Source: Macrostomum lignano (Eukaryota). From it: a DNA stretch of 64,000 nucleotides. Shown here piece by piece: positions 1 through 13,354 of this stretch. The stretch's first letter is position 1; every line of letters starts with the position of its first letter. Location of the stretch: assembly GCA_002269645.1 (NCBI GenBank), contig NIVC01000126.1, forward strand, positions 682,001 through 746,000, read 5' to 3'. Below the pieces are notes generated by a model. That model saw only the letters and a list, made by a program, of their open reading frames with translations. It did no database searches and was not told the origin of the DNA. The translations under genes were made by a program, and so were the position numbers.

Positions 1-540
1 TGTATCAAAATCTCACCCTTCGTATCTAGATGTCCCAAAATATCACCCTTAAATAATAGATGTCTCAAAATCTCATCCCATGTAGTTAGATGTCTCAAAA
101 TCTCATCCCTACATAGTAGATGCCTTAAAATCTCACCCTTCGTAGCTAGATGTCTCAAAATCTCATCCTTCGTAGCTAGATGTCTCAAAATCTCATCCAT
201 TGCAGCTAGATTTCTCAAAATCTCATCCTTCGTAGCTAGATGTCTTAAAATCTCACCCCATGTAGTTGGATGTCTCAAAATCTCACCCCTACATAGTAGA
301 TGTCTCAAAATCTCACCCTTCGTAGCTAGATGTCTCAAAATCTCATCCCATGTAGGTAGATGTCTCAAAATCTCACCCTACATAGTAGATGTCTCAAAAT
401 CTCACTGCGCATAGTTAGATGTCTTTTAATCTCACCCTTAAATAGTAGATGTCTCAAAATCTCACCCTTAAATAGTAGATGTCTCAAAATCTCACCCCAC
501 GTAGTTAGATGTCTCAAAATCGCACCCTACATAGTACCTC
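1..540. repeat. 30-bp minisatellite (approx. TAGATGTCTCAAAATCTCACCCTTCGTAGC), in a SIDT intron
   Basis: About 18 degenerate tandem copies visible; the array starts before the window. Confidence 0.95.
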
Positions 541-569
541 TACCCCTACATACCCAGCGCCGCGCTCAC

Positions 570-2611
570 CTAGTCTGGTAGATCTTCAGCATGCAGAGTC
601 CGGACAGCATGTACATAAACGCCGTATCGAACTGGAAGTTATTGTAGCTGGGACAGATATGATAGCAGCCGGAGAGTACACCCTCCATGATCAGGGCGAT
701 GCCGACGGCATAGTACAGTCCGTAGTGATGCGGAATGCCGTACTGGCTGGCCCGGGGGTCGCGGCGGACCAGATTCTGGTGCAGCAAGTCCCGGCGCCAG
801 CACAGCAGAAGAAACAGCAGGCCCAATAGCACGTAGCTGATGTTGGAGAAGACATTGTTGAACGAGGAGATGACGCCCAGAGTGTGGGCGCAATCGAAGT
901 TGTAATAGCACATGTCCTCGTCTCCGCTAGTGTTCAACACCTTCTGGTAGGTCAGCACCAGCTGGATCACCGGCAAGCAGTAGAAGATCGATATGATGAT
1001 CAAATACCAATAGTACAGCTTGTACTTTTTGCGCAGCCTGCTGGGCGGCTTTCTGGACAAATCCTGCACCGTCATGTCTTTGCGCAGGCGGAAAATCTCC
1101 TTCTCCTGGTTGGCCTCCGCCATCAGGTCGACAAATCCGCCGTCTTCGCCGACTCCCGTGCCGACGCCGACGGTGGCAGAGGCGGAAGCGGCCGAGGTCG
1201 AAGCCAGCGCATCCGATGCGTTCGTCGACGCCGAAGTTGTCGCCGAATTGGCCGAGGCCGGAGGCTCGACGACGCTCATCTGGCTGGGCAGGGTGCCTCT
1301 CTGCATGGACAAAGACGACATTGCCGCGGTAGAGAAGGTGGCAGTTGTCGACATTGTCGCCGTTCTCACCGTTGGAGTCTCCCCCACGGCGAGATAATTA
1401 CGCGGCGATGAATTTGACGCCTCGTTAAAATCTGTCGAGTTATCACCAACGTCGGCTGCATCGCCGCGTTGACGAAGCGGCGACTCTGGAGTGTCCTCGA
1501 TTGGCGCGTTGTTGCCGTCGTAGTTGTTAGCGGCGCCGGCGCGGCTGCGAGCCAGCAAGCGCCTGGTCTCGTAGGTGTGATGAAGCAGCGCTATGATAAA
1601 GGCGGCAGCGTAGAACAATAGAAAGAAGAATATTGTGCCAAACACTGGCAGAAAGTATTCGTTGATGCCAAGCGAAGGCAGTACGGTGATGTTCAACTGT
1701 TTGGTGCGCCGGTACAGTTCCCGACCGTGCTCTCCGGGATCTGGCGGCACCAGCTGGGCGGGAATATTTGGCCGGCAGTTGGCGTCAGTGGGGTACACGA
1801 CCAGCACCACGTAGAATGCTGTGGCCGAAGCCAGCGCCGGGTCGCTGGTGGTAACACTCAGACTGGCCTTCTTAGATGCCGTCTGCCTGATGCCAGTGAA
1901 TTCTACATTCCTAGCCAGATCGTACACTGGGCAGTTGACCGCCTGTACAGACACCCGCATGCACAGCATGTCGTCTGACACCATTCTAACCTGCACAGAC
2001 GAGACATTGGGAGGAAACTCAAACTTGTAATACTTCGGCTGCGATGGAGACACGTGGGCCGATCTGATACCGTGACTAGCGCCCAGATACAACTGGAAAT
2101 TCGGCACTATTGAAGCGTTCAAAGAGAATGCCGTCATGTTGGGATTCTGAGTTGTCACCTCAACAAAGATGGTGTGAACCCGGCCAGTGACAGAGCCACC
2201 CAGCGGCAGCGTGGGACAAAGAGTCCGCGACACTATATAGTAGGGGAACTCTTTCTCCTCGCTGGAGTAAAACAGCGGCAATCGCCATGACACAATCTCC
2301 CGCTGTTGCCTAGCAACTACAAGCACGGGATGGTCTGAGCTGGCCGATTCGCTCACGATTGTCAACCGGACAGCTTGAGTAACATCGACAATCTCTGTAT
2401 AGTTGAATCTGAACACCAATTCGTTAGTGCTGGACACGCTGTAGTTATAAGTGAGGTTGAACTCTCCAGCTACAATGTGCCGCTGCGGCTGCTGCTCGCC
2501 ACCATCGCCAACAGCCAGCGGAGGAAGTGACAAAATCAGCAGACTAAAGATCAATAGCGACAGGTGCTCGTACGGCAACTGGCGCTGTGAGCTACGGGCA
2601 GGCAGCGCCAT
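570..2611 (-). CDS. SIDT: SID-1 / SIDT (ChUP) transmembrane family protein, first ~2 kb coding exon; gene continues beyond the left edge
   Basis: Signal-peptide-like N-terminus from ATG 2611 (alternative ATG 2716). Luminal domain with CPVYDL; TM1; then DLSRK..KKYKLYYW, YYNFDCAH, FNNVFSNISYVLLG, HYGLYYAVGIALIMEGVLSGCYHICPSYNNFQFDTAFMY, all SID-1 family signatures. The ORF-track stop (566-568) lies inside a donor site AG|GTGAG (intron starts 569). Confidence 0.95.
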
Positions 2612-3339
2612 AGACAGGAGGCTGAACGGCCCCCCCACAGTCCCGTAATCTGCTTTGTCTCTGCTGAGCCGTGAGCTGAGTAGCAGGCGTCGCAGAAATG
2701 ATGGCCGGATGAGCATTGCTGGATCGGCTGTAGGACAGCCCCATCCCCTCCTGAGCAACAGGCGAATCAGCTCAAGGCTCAGTGCCGATCTCCGCTAAAT
2801 CCCCGGAGCCATTTCCGCAGCAAGGCTTAGAGAAGGGGGGAGGGGAGGGGAGCATGTCAGAGAGGAAAAATCAGACGGGTAAGCCTAGTTGAGCCTAGTT
2901 TTCATCTGCAAGACAGGCACTGCTAGGCTGGCCCTGTTGCATTTGATTGAGAGGCCGAAATGTGTAGTAGCATAACAGCATGACAAAAAGCACACTCGAG
3001 AAACTGACAAGCGATCATCAGTGAGACGGCTCAGTCAAGGAGAAAGTACTAGAAGCGCTTAGCTCCGCCCATCTTCCTCTCCATCTCCCATCTATTTATA
3101 GCAGTCCTCGAGCTGTTGTTTAAAGTGTGACTACAGGCAGAATGAGGGAAACCTCTGTAAGATTTGGCTTACAGCTGCTGTATCTAAAACTCGTATTGAC
3201 ACCGTCTTTTGCCCGGGGATTCGCTTTTAAAAAGCAGCTTTCTAAGAATTTGGCAACGAAACACGGTTTGGACCACTACTGCAGGCTTCTTGCTGCCCGC
3301 TACTTTGTTTATACCGGGGTTTGTGAGTCCAGTCTCAGC

Positions 3340-3860
3340 TTGTCTAGTGCAGTCCAATCTAATCTAGTCTTAACCTAATCAACTCCAGCCTAGTCCAATC
3401 TAATCTATCCTACTCTACTCTAGTGCAATTTAGTGTAGTAAAATCTAGTCTAGTCTAATTTAGTCTAGTCTAGTCTAGTCTAATTCGATCTAATCTAATC
3501 TAGTCGTATCTAGTCAGTCTAACTTTATCTAATCTAATCCAGTCTAATTTGATATAATCTAATCTAGTCTAGCTTAATCTAGTCTAGTCTAATCTATTTT
3601 AGTGTAATCTAGTCTAATCTAATCTAGTTCAATCTAGTCTAGTCTAATCTAGTTCAATCTAGTCTAGTCTAATCTAATCTAGTTCAATCTAGTCTAGTCT
3701 AATCTAATCTAATCTATTTTAGCCTAATCTAGTCTATAGTTCAATCTAGTCTAGTCTAATCTATTCTAGTCTAATCTAGTTTAATCTAGTCTAGTCTAAT
3801 CTAATCTAGTTAAATCTAATCTAGCCTAATCCAGTCTAGCCCAATCTAACCTAGTCTGTT
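3340..3860. repeat. (TCTAG/TCTAA)n pentamer simple repeat
   Basis: Direct reading. Confidence 0.9.
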
Positions 3861-4294
3861 CACACTGTAGTCGGGCCACTTGCCCCTTACTGTACAAAGA
3901 ATCTAGCGAGGTCTACTAAGTTCTGTTAGACCTATTCGTTCGAGACAAATAAACAAATTCAATCGAATGGTAAATGTCAGTCAGATAGGCGGAGGGAACT
4001 GTCTCTTCGCTAACTCTGCTGCTTTGAAGGGCATTCGTTTGCCAGCAACCATCTCAATATTAGTAAATATCAACTATGTCAATGTTTGAGGATCTCCACA
4101 GGTCTAAGAGTAGAAATCCCCCAGACTGATAAAAAAAGTCAACAGACATTTCTGTCAGACGGTAGTTTATGCGGACACTTGCGGGTCTCTTATGCTCTTG
4201 GTCTGCCTGCCCTCTCGGGCCTTCTCTGCCGTAAATTGTTCTTTACGGGCCTTGCTGGCCATCATCTTTGATCCGTTTTCCAGGCTTGAGGTTT

Positions 4295-4791
4295 AATAGT
4301 CTAGTGAGTCTAGTGGTTCTAGTGAATCTGAGTCTAGTGAGTCTAGTGGTTCTAGTGAGTCCTAGTCTAGTGAGTCTAGTGATTCTAGTGATTCTAGTGA
4401 GTCTAATGAGACTAATGAGTCTAATGAGTCGAGTGAGACTGAGTCTGAGTCTAATGAGTCTAGTGAGTCTAATGAGACTAATAAGTCTAATGAGACTAAT
4501 GAGTCTAATGAGACTAATGAGTCTAATGAGACTGAGTCTGAGTCTAATGAGTCTAATGAGACTGAGTCTGAGTCTAATGAGTCTAGTGAGTCTAATGAGA
4601 CTAATGAGTCTAATGAGTCTAATGAGACTAATGAGTCAATCAGTCAGTCAGTCAGTCAGTCAGTCAGTCAGTCAGTCAGTCAGTCAGTCAGTCAGTCAGT
4701 CAGTCAGTCAGTCAGTCAGTCAGTCAGTCAGTCAGTCAGTCAGTCAGTCAGTCAGTCAGTCAGTCAGTCAGTCAGTCAGTCAGTCAGTCAG
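4295..4791. repeat. 9-bp (GAGTCTAAT/GAGTCTAGT)n array followed by (TCAG)n
   Basis: Direct reading; explains ORF 4268-4834. Confidence 0.92.
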
Positions 4792-5829
4792 AGCAGAATC
4801 AGGTTTCGTCACGAAGAGCGGCACACTTGGCTGATCAATAATTGCTATTCGAAACTCCTCTTCAGCCAGTCACGCTCGGTGCATATAAAGGTATTTAGTG
4901 TCTCAGGACTCGAGCACACTATATATAAAATACACCCGCACTGCAGGATACGCAACTGGAAAGTGCACACAAAGGGTTGGCAGCAGGGGAGCACAGGGAA
5001 TTCGGGAGTTTATATGGGGCATATCAGTAAGACGCGACTTTCTGCTTAAATAATAAGAGCTCACGCCATGACACTGAGAGCTTAGCCAAGGGAAAAAACT
5101 GACTGAGAGAGAAGGTCAGTAGAGAACAGGCTGACTAAGGGCTTAGATCTCAGATGCTAGGAACTAGCCAGACAGACATGATATACATGTAGGCTCCAGT
5201 GCATAATTAAAACTTAAGATATAAAATTAACGCTCAAAGGTTAGTGTTGAAATTTCTACAGAAAGTAAATGGAAATTGGCTGAAAAGACCTCAGAACTGA
5301 CAAATCTCGAATCCCATTTATGGAATTTCATACTTTTAAAGTACAAGTATCGCATGAATATCAGGTAAAAATACTCCGCTATAAGCCAATAAGTCAGGCA
5401 GAAAAATGGCTAGATCTAAATGATCAAAGCAGCACGCAATTTATTAGTAGGCAAAAATCACAGCGAAGCCCCATATAATATGACGAAAGCAAGTTGAAGC
5501 AGAGATGCAGGTACACTGTAGCCCAGGGTGTAGCAGAGAAGGGGAAGAGACAGGGGATTAGCAATGGGGATATTTCAGCCTGTCTGTAGGCTGTGCAGGT
5601 CATAACAAGGTTTCACGCTCCAGTAGTGGTTTCCATTAAATGTAGGAGGCACACTTCGGCTGATCAAAGGGGCGCTATCTCTCATTATTAGCACAGGTCC
5701 GTGCAGCCCAGCACTCGGCCGCTTCAAGGACAATTAAAGGTCGCAAAAGGAAAGAAAAATACACGTAAAATATTCTGAGATTAGGTGGGATGAGAGTTGC
5801 AGGGTGGAAAAACACCTACCTGAGGGGTA

Positions 5830-6682
5830 AGAAGAGACGGGATCTCAGAGATGAGAAGAGACGGAATCTCAGAGATGAGAAGAGATGGAATCTAAGAGAT
5901 GAGAAGAGACGGAATCTCAGAGATGAGAAGACGGGATCTCAGAGATGAGAAGAGACGGGATCTCAGAGATGAGAAGAGACGGAATCTCAGAGATGAGAAG
6001 AGACGGGATCTCAGAGATGAGAAGAGACGGGATCTCTGAGATGAGAAGAGACGGAATCTCAGAGATGAGAAGAGACGGAATCTCAGAGATGAGAAGAGAT
6101 GGAATCTCAGAGATGAGAAGAGACGGGATCTCAGAGATGAGAAGAGACGGGATCTCAGAGATGAGAAGAGACGGGATCTCAGAGATGAGAAGAGACGGGA
6201 TCTCAGAGATGAGAAGAGACGGGATCTCAGAGATGAGAAGAGACGGGATCTCAGAGATGAGAAGAGACGGAATCTCAGAGATGAGAAGAGACGGGATCTC
6301 AGAGATGAGAAGAGACGGGATCTCAGAGATGAGAAGAGACGGGATCTCAGAGATGAGAAGAGACGGAATCTCAGAGATGAGAAGAGACGGGATCTCAGAG
6401 ATGAGAAGAGACGGGATCTCAGAGATGAGAAGAGACGGGATCTCAGAGATGAGAAGAGACGGAATCTCAGAGATGAGAAGAGACGGGATCTCAGAGATGA
6501 GAAGAGACGGGATCTCAGAGATGAGAAGAGACGGGATCTCAGAGATGAGAAGAGACGGAATCTCAGAGATGAGAAGAGACGGGATCTCAGAGATGAGAAG
6601 AGACGGAATCTCAGAGGTGAGAAGAGACGGAATCTCAGAGGTGAGAAGAGACGGAATCTCAGAGGTGAGAAGAGACGGGATG
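5830..6682. repeat. 24-bp minisatellite (GAGATGAGAAGAGACGGGATCTCA), ~35 copies
   Basis: Near-perfect tandem copies; explains the MRRDGISE-type ORFs. Confidence 0.97.
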
Positions 6683-7218
6683 ATAAAATCTCTAACATCT
6701 CTCATACCTAAGCAACTAAAAGCCTGCAGTTAAAGGACTGCAGTTAAAAAATCGAAGTAAAGACACAAAACTACTCGTGCTCAATCGTAAACAACCAAGA
6801 GGTCGAGTATTATTATTAATTACATCCATAAAGCAGCATTACTGAGCAGTACTGTAACAACATATATGCAATAACTGAAAGACAAGCATTAGGCAGTTTA
6901 ATAGCAAATAGAGCATATTTGAGTACTGTAGAAGCTTATTACAAGACTGAACATATGGCTCTACAAAAAAGCACAATCTAACGACAACAAATAAGCATTC
7001 AGAAGCAGATAATTTTTCTTCGAAACTTGGAGTACAAATCCATAACGCCAGAGCTAACTATTGGTGGCAGTGAAGTTTAAATTTACTTAATATTTCAAAA
7101 ATAATGGTTATAGATGTAAATACCTTGCCGACTAGACAATCATAATAAGCCGCACTTTGTACTGCTGATCAATGGTGTGCAATGCAGAAAGAGCCGGACA
7201 GAAAGTGCTTTATCGACT

Positions 7219-7315
7219 TTGTCTGTCTGTCTGTCTGTCTGCCTGTCTGTCTGCCTGTCTGTCTGTGTGTCTGCCTGTCTGTCTGTCTGTCTGTCTGTCT
7301 GTCTGCCTGCCTGCC

Positions 7316-7350
<35 letters not shown>

Positions 7351-7403
7351 GTGTCTGCCTGTCTGTCTGTGTCTGTCTGTGCGTCTGTCTGTCTGTGTCT
7401 GCC

Positions 7404-7440
<37 letters not shown>

Positions 7441-7465
7441 GCCTGTCTGTGTCTGTCCGTGTCTG
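7219..7465. repeat. (GTCT)n microsatellite immediately 3' of the LST8 stop
   Basis: Direct reading. Confidence 0.95.
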
Positions 7466-7466
7466 C

Positions 7467-9207
7467 TCAGTCATCAGCATAGCTGTCATCAACAAAGGCC
7501 AGGCAGGTCATGGGCTTGGCTGAGGTGCTGCCGTGCCCGGCAGACTTAGTGGAGCCGCGGTACTCCCGCCTGGGCTTGGCGCCGTCGTCAATGGAGTAGA
7601 GCCGGGCGCAGCCGTCGGAGGACACGGTGACAACGAACTCTGAGTCGGCCGAGAAGGCGCAATCCCAAACCCATTTGTCGGCTCCCGATAGTTCAACCTT
7701 AAGCGGGTCGGGCAGCGGTCATTGGTTGGGTCTGCGTGCGGTAGGCCTAACTCAATTTTTGCTTTTCTAAGCTTTAATTCTGCATAGCGGAGAGTGCTGT
7801 GGTGCCGCTGTGGGACAGGGAATTGCTTCTGTGGGATTCTATCCCATTAGCTACTGGCTTATATGGCTTTTCATACAGTGCGGCGGCTATCGGAGGGACT
7901 GGTATTAATGGGGAGTAATAGAAAGAGGAGAGAATAAAAATAAGGAAAGAGAAGGGGAGATAAAAGAAATTGGAGAGAGTGGGAGAAATGAAGAGGGAGG
8001 GGAGAGAGGGAGAGAGGGAGCGAGAGGGGGGAGAGAGGGAGGAGTGGGAGAGGGGGGAGAGTGGGAGGGGAGAGAGGGAGAGATGGAGAGGGAGAGAGAG
8101 GGAGAGGGAGAGACGGGAGGGAGAGATGGAGATAGAGGGAGGGACTCTGGAGAGAGAGGAGGGCAAGTGTCTCGGGTAAAGAAAAGGTAAAAGGTAAGAA
8201 ACCGAAGCCCAGCAAGACCCAACAGAGAAGAAAGGGAGAAGGGAGAAGGGAGAAGAGAAGAAGGGGAGAGAGCTCAACTCAAGCGCACCTGTTTCTGATA
8301 GTCGGACGTTTTCCAAACGTTGCACAGGCGGTCGGAGCCGCAGGTGGCCAGCAGGGTGCTGTCAGGTGAGAAGGCGCACCTCAGGCCGTAGCCAGAGTGG
8401 GCAGCGATCCGAGCCTTGGGGACGGCCTGGCTGCCCGACACGTTGGTGACGGCGCTGGCCAGCGACCACATGAAGCAGCTGCCGGTGTTGGCCAGAGCGG
8501 CCAGGTGCGTGCCGGCCTGATTGACAGCCACGGACTGAATCCGGGCGTCGAGGTCGGGCACCAGCGAGCAGCTCTGGTTGCTGCGCAGATCCCAGATGTG
8601 CACCGCGCCGGTGGCGTCGCCGACAAATAACTCGATTTGATTAGGGTGCAGGCACACCGATGTGATGGAGCCGTTCACCTGCCCATGTGAAAGTGCGATA
8701 GCAGACTAATATTAACACTAAAGCGAACACTGAGGGGACGGGCCAACAGACAGACTAGTTCAGACAGTCATGGACACCAAGACAGTCAGTACGGTGCACT
8801 GAAAGAGAAAGACGGACAAAAAGACACGTATTGACAGACAGGTAGACACACACGCTAAGATAGACAGACGAACACGTGAAGACAAAGAGACTAAAGTCTC
8901 GGTCTAAAGACACAGACAGACAGACAGACACACAGACAGACAGTCAGACAGACAGACAGACAGACAGAAAGACAGACAGGCAGACAGACAGGCAGACAGA
9001 CAGACACAGAAACAGACAGACAGACAGACAGACAGGCAGGCAGGCAGACAGACAGACAGGCAGGCAGACAGGCAGGCAGATAGAAAGACAGACAGACAGA
9101 CAGACACACAGACAGATAGACAGCCAGACACACAGGCAGACAGACAGACACACAGACAGTCAGGCAGACAAACAGACAGACACAGACAGTCAGGCAGACA
9201 AACAGAA

Positions 9208-9240
<33 letters not shown>

Positions 9241-9258
9241 GGCAGACAGACAGACAGG

Positions 9259-9296
<38 letters not shown>

Positions 9297-9727
9297 GCGG
9301 GCAGACATAGTGAATAAGACAGCATTAGCAGTGATGATTTGCACGCCAACCCCACCTGGAACAGTCTGCTGCAGGGGTTGCCGCCCTGCCCGCCCCTGGC
9401 GTGTCGCAAGTCCCACACCCGGCAGACGCAGTCCTCGCCGCCGCTGTACATCCACTTGCCGTGGCCGTCGAAGCCAACAGCCGTGATGTTCTTCTGCATG
9501 TCGAAGGACAGCGAAGGCGAGGTGACCAACGTGTCGCCGATGTCGTACAGGCGGATGTGCTCGTAGCCGGCGGCTGCCAAGGTGCGCCTGTCTGGGGAAA
9601 TGCTGAGCGCATTCACCTGGGAGCCGGCGTGCTCAAGCTGCCGGATAAGCTGAGCACTGTAGGCCTGCCACAGCTTGATCACATTCTCGTAGCCGGCCGT
9701 GGCCAAAATGATCGGCTCCTCAGACAT
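7467..9727 (-). CDS. MLST8: Target of rapamycin complex subunit LST8 (G-beta-L), 7xWD40, complete; exons 9727-9356, 8678-8289, 7697-7467 (993 nt, 330 aa)
   Basis: [91 protein letters not shown] aligns by eye with mLST8. Both introns are GT-AG and phase 0. Confidence 0.96.
7920..8275. repeat. GA-rich low-complexity tract in LST8 intron 2
   Basis: Direct reading. Confidence 0.85.
8910..9302. repeat. (GACA)n microsatellite in LST8 intron 1
   Basis: Direct reading. Confidence 0.95.
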
Positions 9728-9774
9728 TAGCTGGGGCTGCAGGCAGGAACAGTACATTGGGATGTTATTGTCGG

Positions 9775-12297
9775 CTCACAATCAATCCCATTGTTTTCTA
9801 GCTGCCCTAAATCAAATCCATTGTGTTCTAGCTGCCCTAAATCATTTCCATTGTGTTTTAGCTACCCTAAATCAAATCCATTGTGTTCTAGCTGCCCTAA
9901 ATCATTTCCATTGTGTTCTAGCTGCCCTAAATCAAATCCATTGTGTTCTAGCTGCCCTAAATCATTTCCATTGTGTTTTAGCTACCCTAAATCAAATCCA
10001 TTGTGTTCTAGCTGCCCTAAATCATTTCCATTGTGTTCTAGCTGCCCTAAATCATTTCCATTGTGTTCTAGCTGCCCTAAATCATATCCATTGTGTTCTA
10101 GCTGCCCTAAATCATTTCCATTGTGTTTTAGCTACCCTAAATCATTTCCATTGTGTTCTAGCTAACCTAAATCATTTCCATTGTGTTCTAGCTAACCTAA
10201 ATCATTTCCATTGTGTTCTAGCTAACCTAAATCATATCCATTGTGTTCTAGCTGCCCTAAATCAAATCCATTGTGGTCTAGCTGCCCTAAATCATTTCCA
10301 TTGTGTTCTAGCTGCCCTAAATCAAATCCATTGTGGTCTAGCTGCCCTAAATCATTTCCATTGTGTTTTAGCTAACCTAAATCATTTCCATTGTGTTCTA
10401 GCTAACCTAAATCATTTCCATTGTGTTCTAGCTAACCTAAATCATTTCCATTGTGTTCTAGCTAACCTAAATCATATCCATTGTGTTCTAGCTAACCTAA
10501 ATCATATCCATTGTGTTCTAGCTAACCTAAATAATTTCCATTGTGTTTTAGCTACCCTAAATCAAATCCATTGTGGTCTAGCTGCCCTAAATCATTTCCA
10601 TTGTGTTCTAGCTGCCCTAAATCAAATCCATTGTGGTCTAGCTGCCCTAAATCATTTCCATTGTGTTCTAGCTGCCCTAAATCAAATCCATTGTGGTCTA
10701 GCTGCCCTAAATCATTTCCATTGTGTTTTAGCTACCCTAAATCATTTCCATTGTGTTCTAGCTAACCTAAATCATTTCCATTGTGTTCTAGCTAACCTAA
10801 ATCATTTCCATTGTGTTCTAGCTAACCTAAATCATATCCATTGTGTTCTAGCTAACCTAAATCATATCCATTGTGTTCTAGCTAACCTAAATCATTTCCA
10901 TTGTGTTCTAGCTAACCTAAATCATATCCATTGTGTTCTAGCTAACCTAAATCATATCCATTGTGTTCTAGCTACCCTAAATCATTTCCATTGTGTTCTA
11001 GCTGCCCTAAATCATATCCATTGTGTTCTAGCTAACCTAAATCATTTCCATTGTGTTCTAGCTGCCCTAAATCAAATCCATTGTGTTCTAGCTAACCTAA
11101 ATCATATCCATTGTGTTCTAGCTAACCTAAATCAAATCCATTGTGTTTTAGCTACCCTAAATCAAATCCATTGTGTTCTAGCTGCCCTAAATCAAATCCA
11201 TTGTGTTCTAGCTGCCCTAAATCATATCCATTGTGTTCTAGCTGCCCTAAATCATTTCCATTGTGTTTTAGCTACCCTAAATCATTTCAATTGTGTTCTA
11301 GCTACCCTAAATCATTTCCATTGTGTTCTAGCTAACCTAAATCATATCCACTGTGTTCTAGCTAACCTAAATCATTTCCATTGTGTTCTAGCTAACCTAA
11401 ATCAAAATCATTGTTTTCTAGCCACCCTAAATCAATGGTTTAGCCACCCTAAAACATCTCTTTTGCATTCTAGCCACCTTAAATTATTCTCATTGTGTTG
11501 TAGCCACCCTAAATTATCTCCATTGTAATTTGCCTACCCTAAATCATCCCCACTGTGATCTAGCTACCCTAAATCATCCCCACTGTAATCTAGCTACCCT
11601 AAATCATCCCCACTGTGATCTAGCTACCCTAAATCATCCCCACTGTGATCTAGCTACCCTAAATCATCCCCACTGTAATCTAGCTACCCTAAATCATCCT
11701 CACTGTGATCTAGCTACCCTAAATCATCCCCACTGTGATCTAGCTACCCTAAATCATCTCCACTGTAATCTAGCTACCCTAAATCATCCCCACTGTGATC
11801 TAGCTACCCTAAATCATCCCCACTGTAATCTAGCTACCCTAAATCATCCCCACTGTGATCTAGCTACCCTAAATCATCCCCACTGTAATCTAGCTACCCT
11901 AAATCATCCTCACTGTAATCTAGCTACCCTAAATCATCCCCACTGTGATCTAGCTACCCTAAATCATCTCCAATGTAATCTAGCTACCCTAAATCATCCC
12001 CACTGTGATCTAGCTACCCTAAATCATCCCCACTGTGATCTAGCTACCCTAAATCATCCCCACTGTGATCTAGCTACCCTAAATCATCCCCACTGTAATC
12101 TAGCTATCCTAAATCATCCCCACTGTGATCTAGCTACCCTAAATCATCCCCACTGTAATCTAGCTACCCTAAATCATCCCCACTGTGATCTAGCTACCCT
12201 AAATCATCCCCACTGTGATCTAGCTACCCTAAATCATCCCCACTGTGATCTAGCTACCCTAAATCATCCCCACTGTAATCTAGTTACCCTAAATCAT
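9775..12297. repeat. 2.5-kb 30-bp minisatellite with two domains: type A (AATCATTTCCATTGTGTTCTAGCTGCCCTA, ~9775-11410) and type B (AATCATCCCCACTGTGATCTAGCTACCCTA, ~11530-12297)
   Basis: Exact 30-bp period evident from line alignment; explains the 609-aa and 261-aa ORFs. Confidence 0.97.
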
Positions 12298-12644
12298 TGT
12301 GTTGTAGCATCTTAATTACTGGATAGAATTTTTAACCAAAGTCAATAAGCGACAATGTGAAGACACAGAGCGAATACGATAGCAATAGCAATGCTGATTT
12401 GCATTGAAAATACTGAAAAGTACAAATTACTATTAACAAATAATAAAAATTCACCACTTGTCCATCGAAAAGGATTGTATACGTAGTATTTACTTGAAGT
12501 ATTATTAGCAAAGTGGTATTTAAAATGCGTATGTATGTACATATCCAACTCAAATATACATGCGATGTACAAGAGCGCAAATATTATTATGCGCGTCAAC
12601 AGCCAGCGTGCAACTTGCAATTCTAATTAATGGTTCAATAAAAG

Positions 12645-13178
12645 CGCGCAGTTGAGATCTAGATGTCAATCAAACAGCGCGCAGTTGAGATCTAGATGTC
12701 AATCAAAGAGCGCGCAGTTGAGATCTAGATGTCAATCAAAGAGCGCACAGTTGAGATCTAGATGTCACTCACTAAGCGCGCAGTTGAGATCTAGATGTCA
12801 ATCAAAGAGCGCACAGTTGAGATCTAGATGTCACTCAATAAGCGCGCAGTTGAGATCTAGATGTCAATCAAAGAGCGCACAGTTGAGATCTAGATGTCAA
12901 TCAAAGAGCGCACAGTTGAGATCTAGATGTCAATCAAAGAGCGCACAGTTGAGATCTAGATGTCAATCAAAGAGCGCGCAGTTGAGATCTAGATGTCACT
13001 CACTAAGCGCGCAGTTGAGATCTAGATGTCAATCAAAGAGCGCGCAGTTGAGATCTAGATGTCAATCAAAGAGCGCACAGTTGAGATCTAGATGTCAATC
13101 AAAGAGCGCACAGTTGAGATCTAGATGTCACTCAATAAGCGCACAGTTGAGATCTAGATGTCACTCACTAAGTGCGCA
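12645..13178. repeat. 33-bp minisatellite (GCGCAGTTGAGATCTAGATGTCAATCAAAGAGC), ~16 copies
   Basis: Direct reading. Confidence 0.95.
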
Positions 13179-13354
13179 GATAATTATAGACTGAATGGGA
13201 TAAGCACATAGTAATTTTTACAGATTCCTGTATCGACATGTTGGAAATTGATGTAGCCAGTTCCTCGCTAGCAAATAACCCAACTTTCTTGATAAAAAAT
13301 ATATCGATAGTTAGCATTACTTCCGTATTCTAAATCGAAAATAACGCGCTAGAA

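Noticed and set aside
5892-6733. Three overlapping 262-268-aa ORFs
   Set aside because: Translations of the 24-bp minisatellite on both strands.
9699-12315. 609-aa and 261-aa His/Cys-rich ORFs (LNHFHCVLAA, LNHPHCDLAT) resembling metal-binding repeat proteins
   Set aside because: They coincide exactly with a 30-bp tandem array; a period divisible by 3 keeps one frame open. They have no unique coding flanks and overlap the LST8 5' region on the opposite strand.
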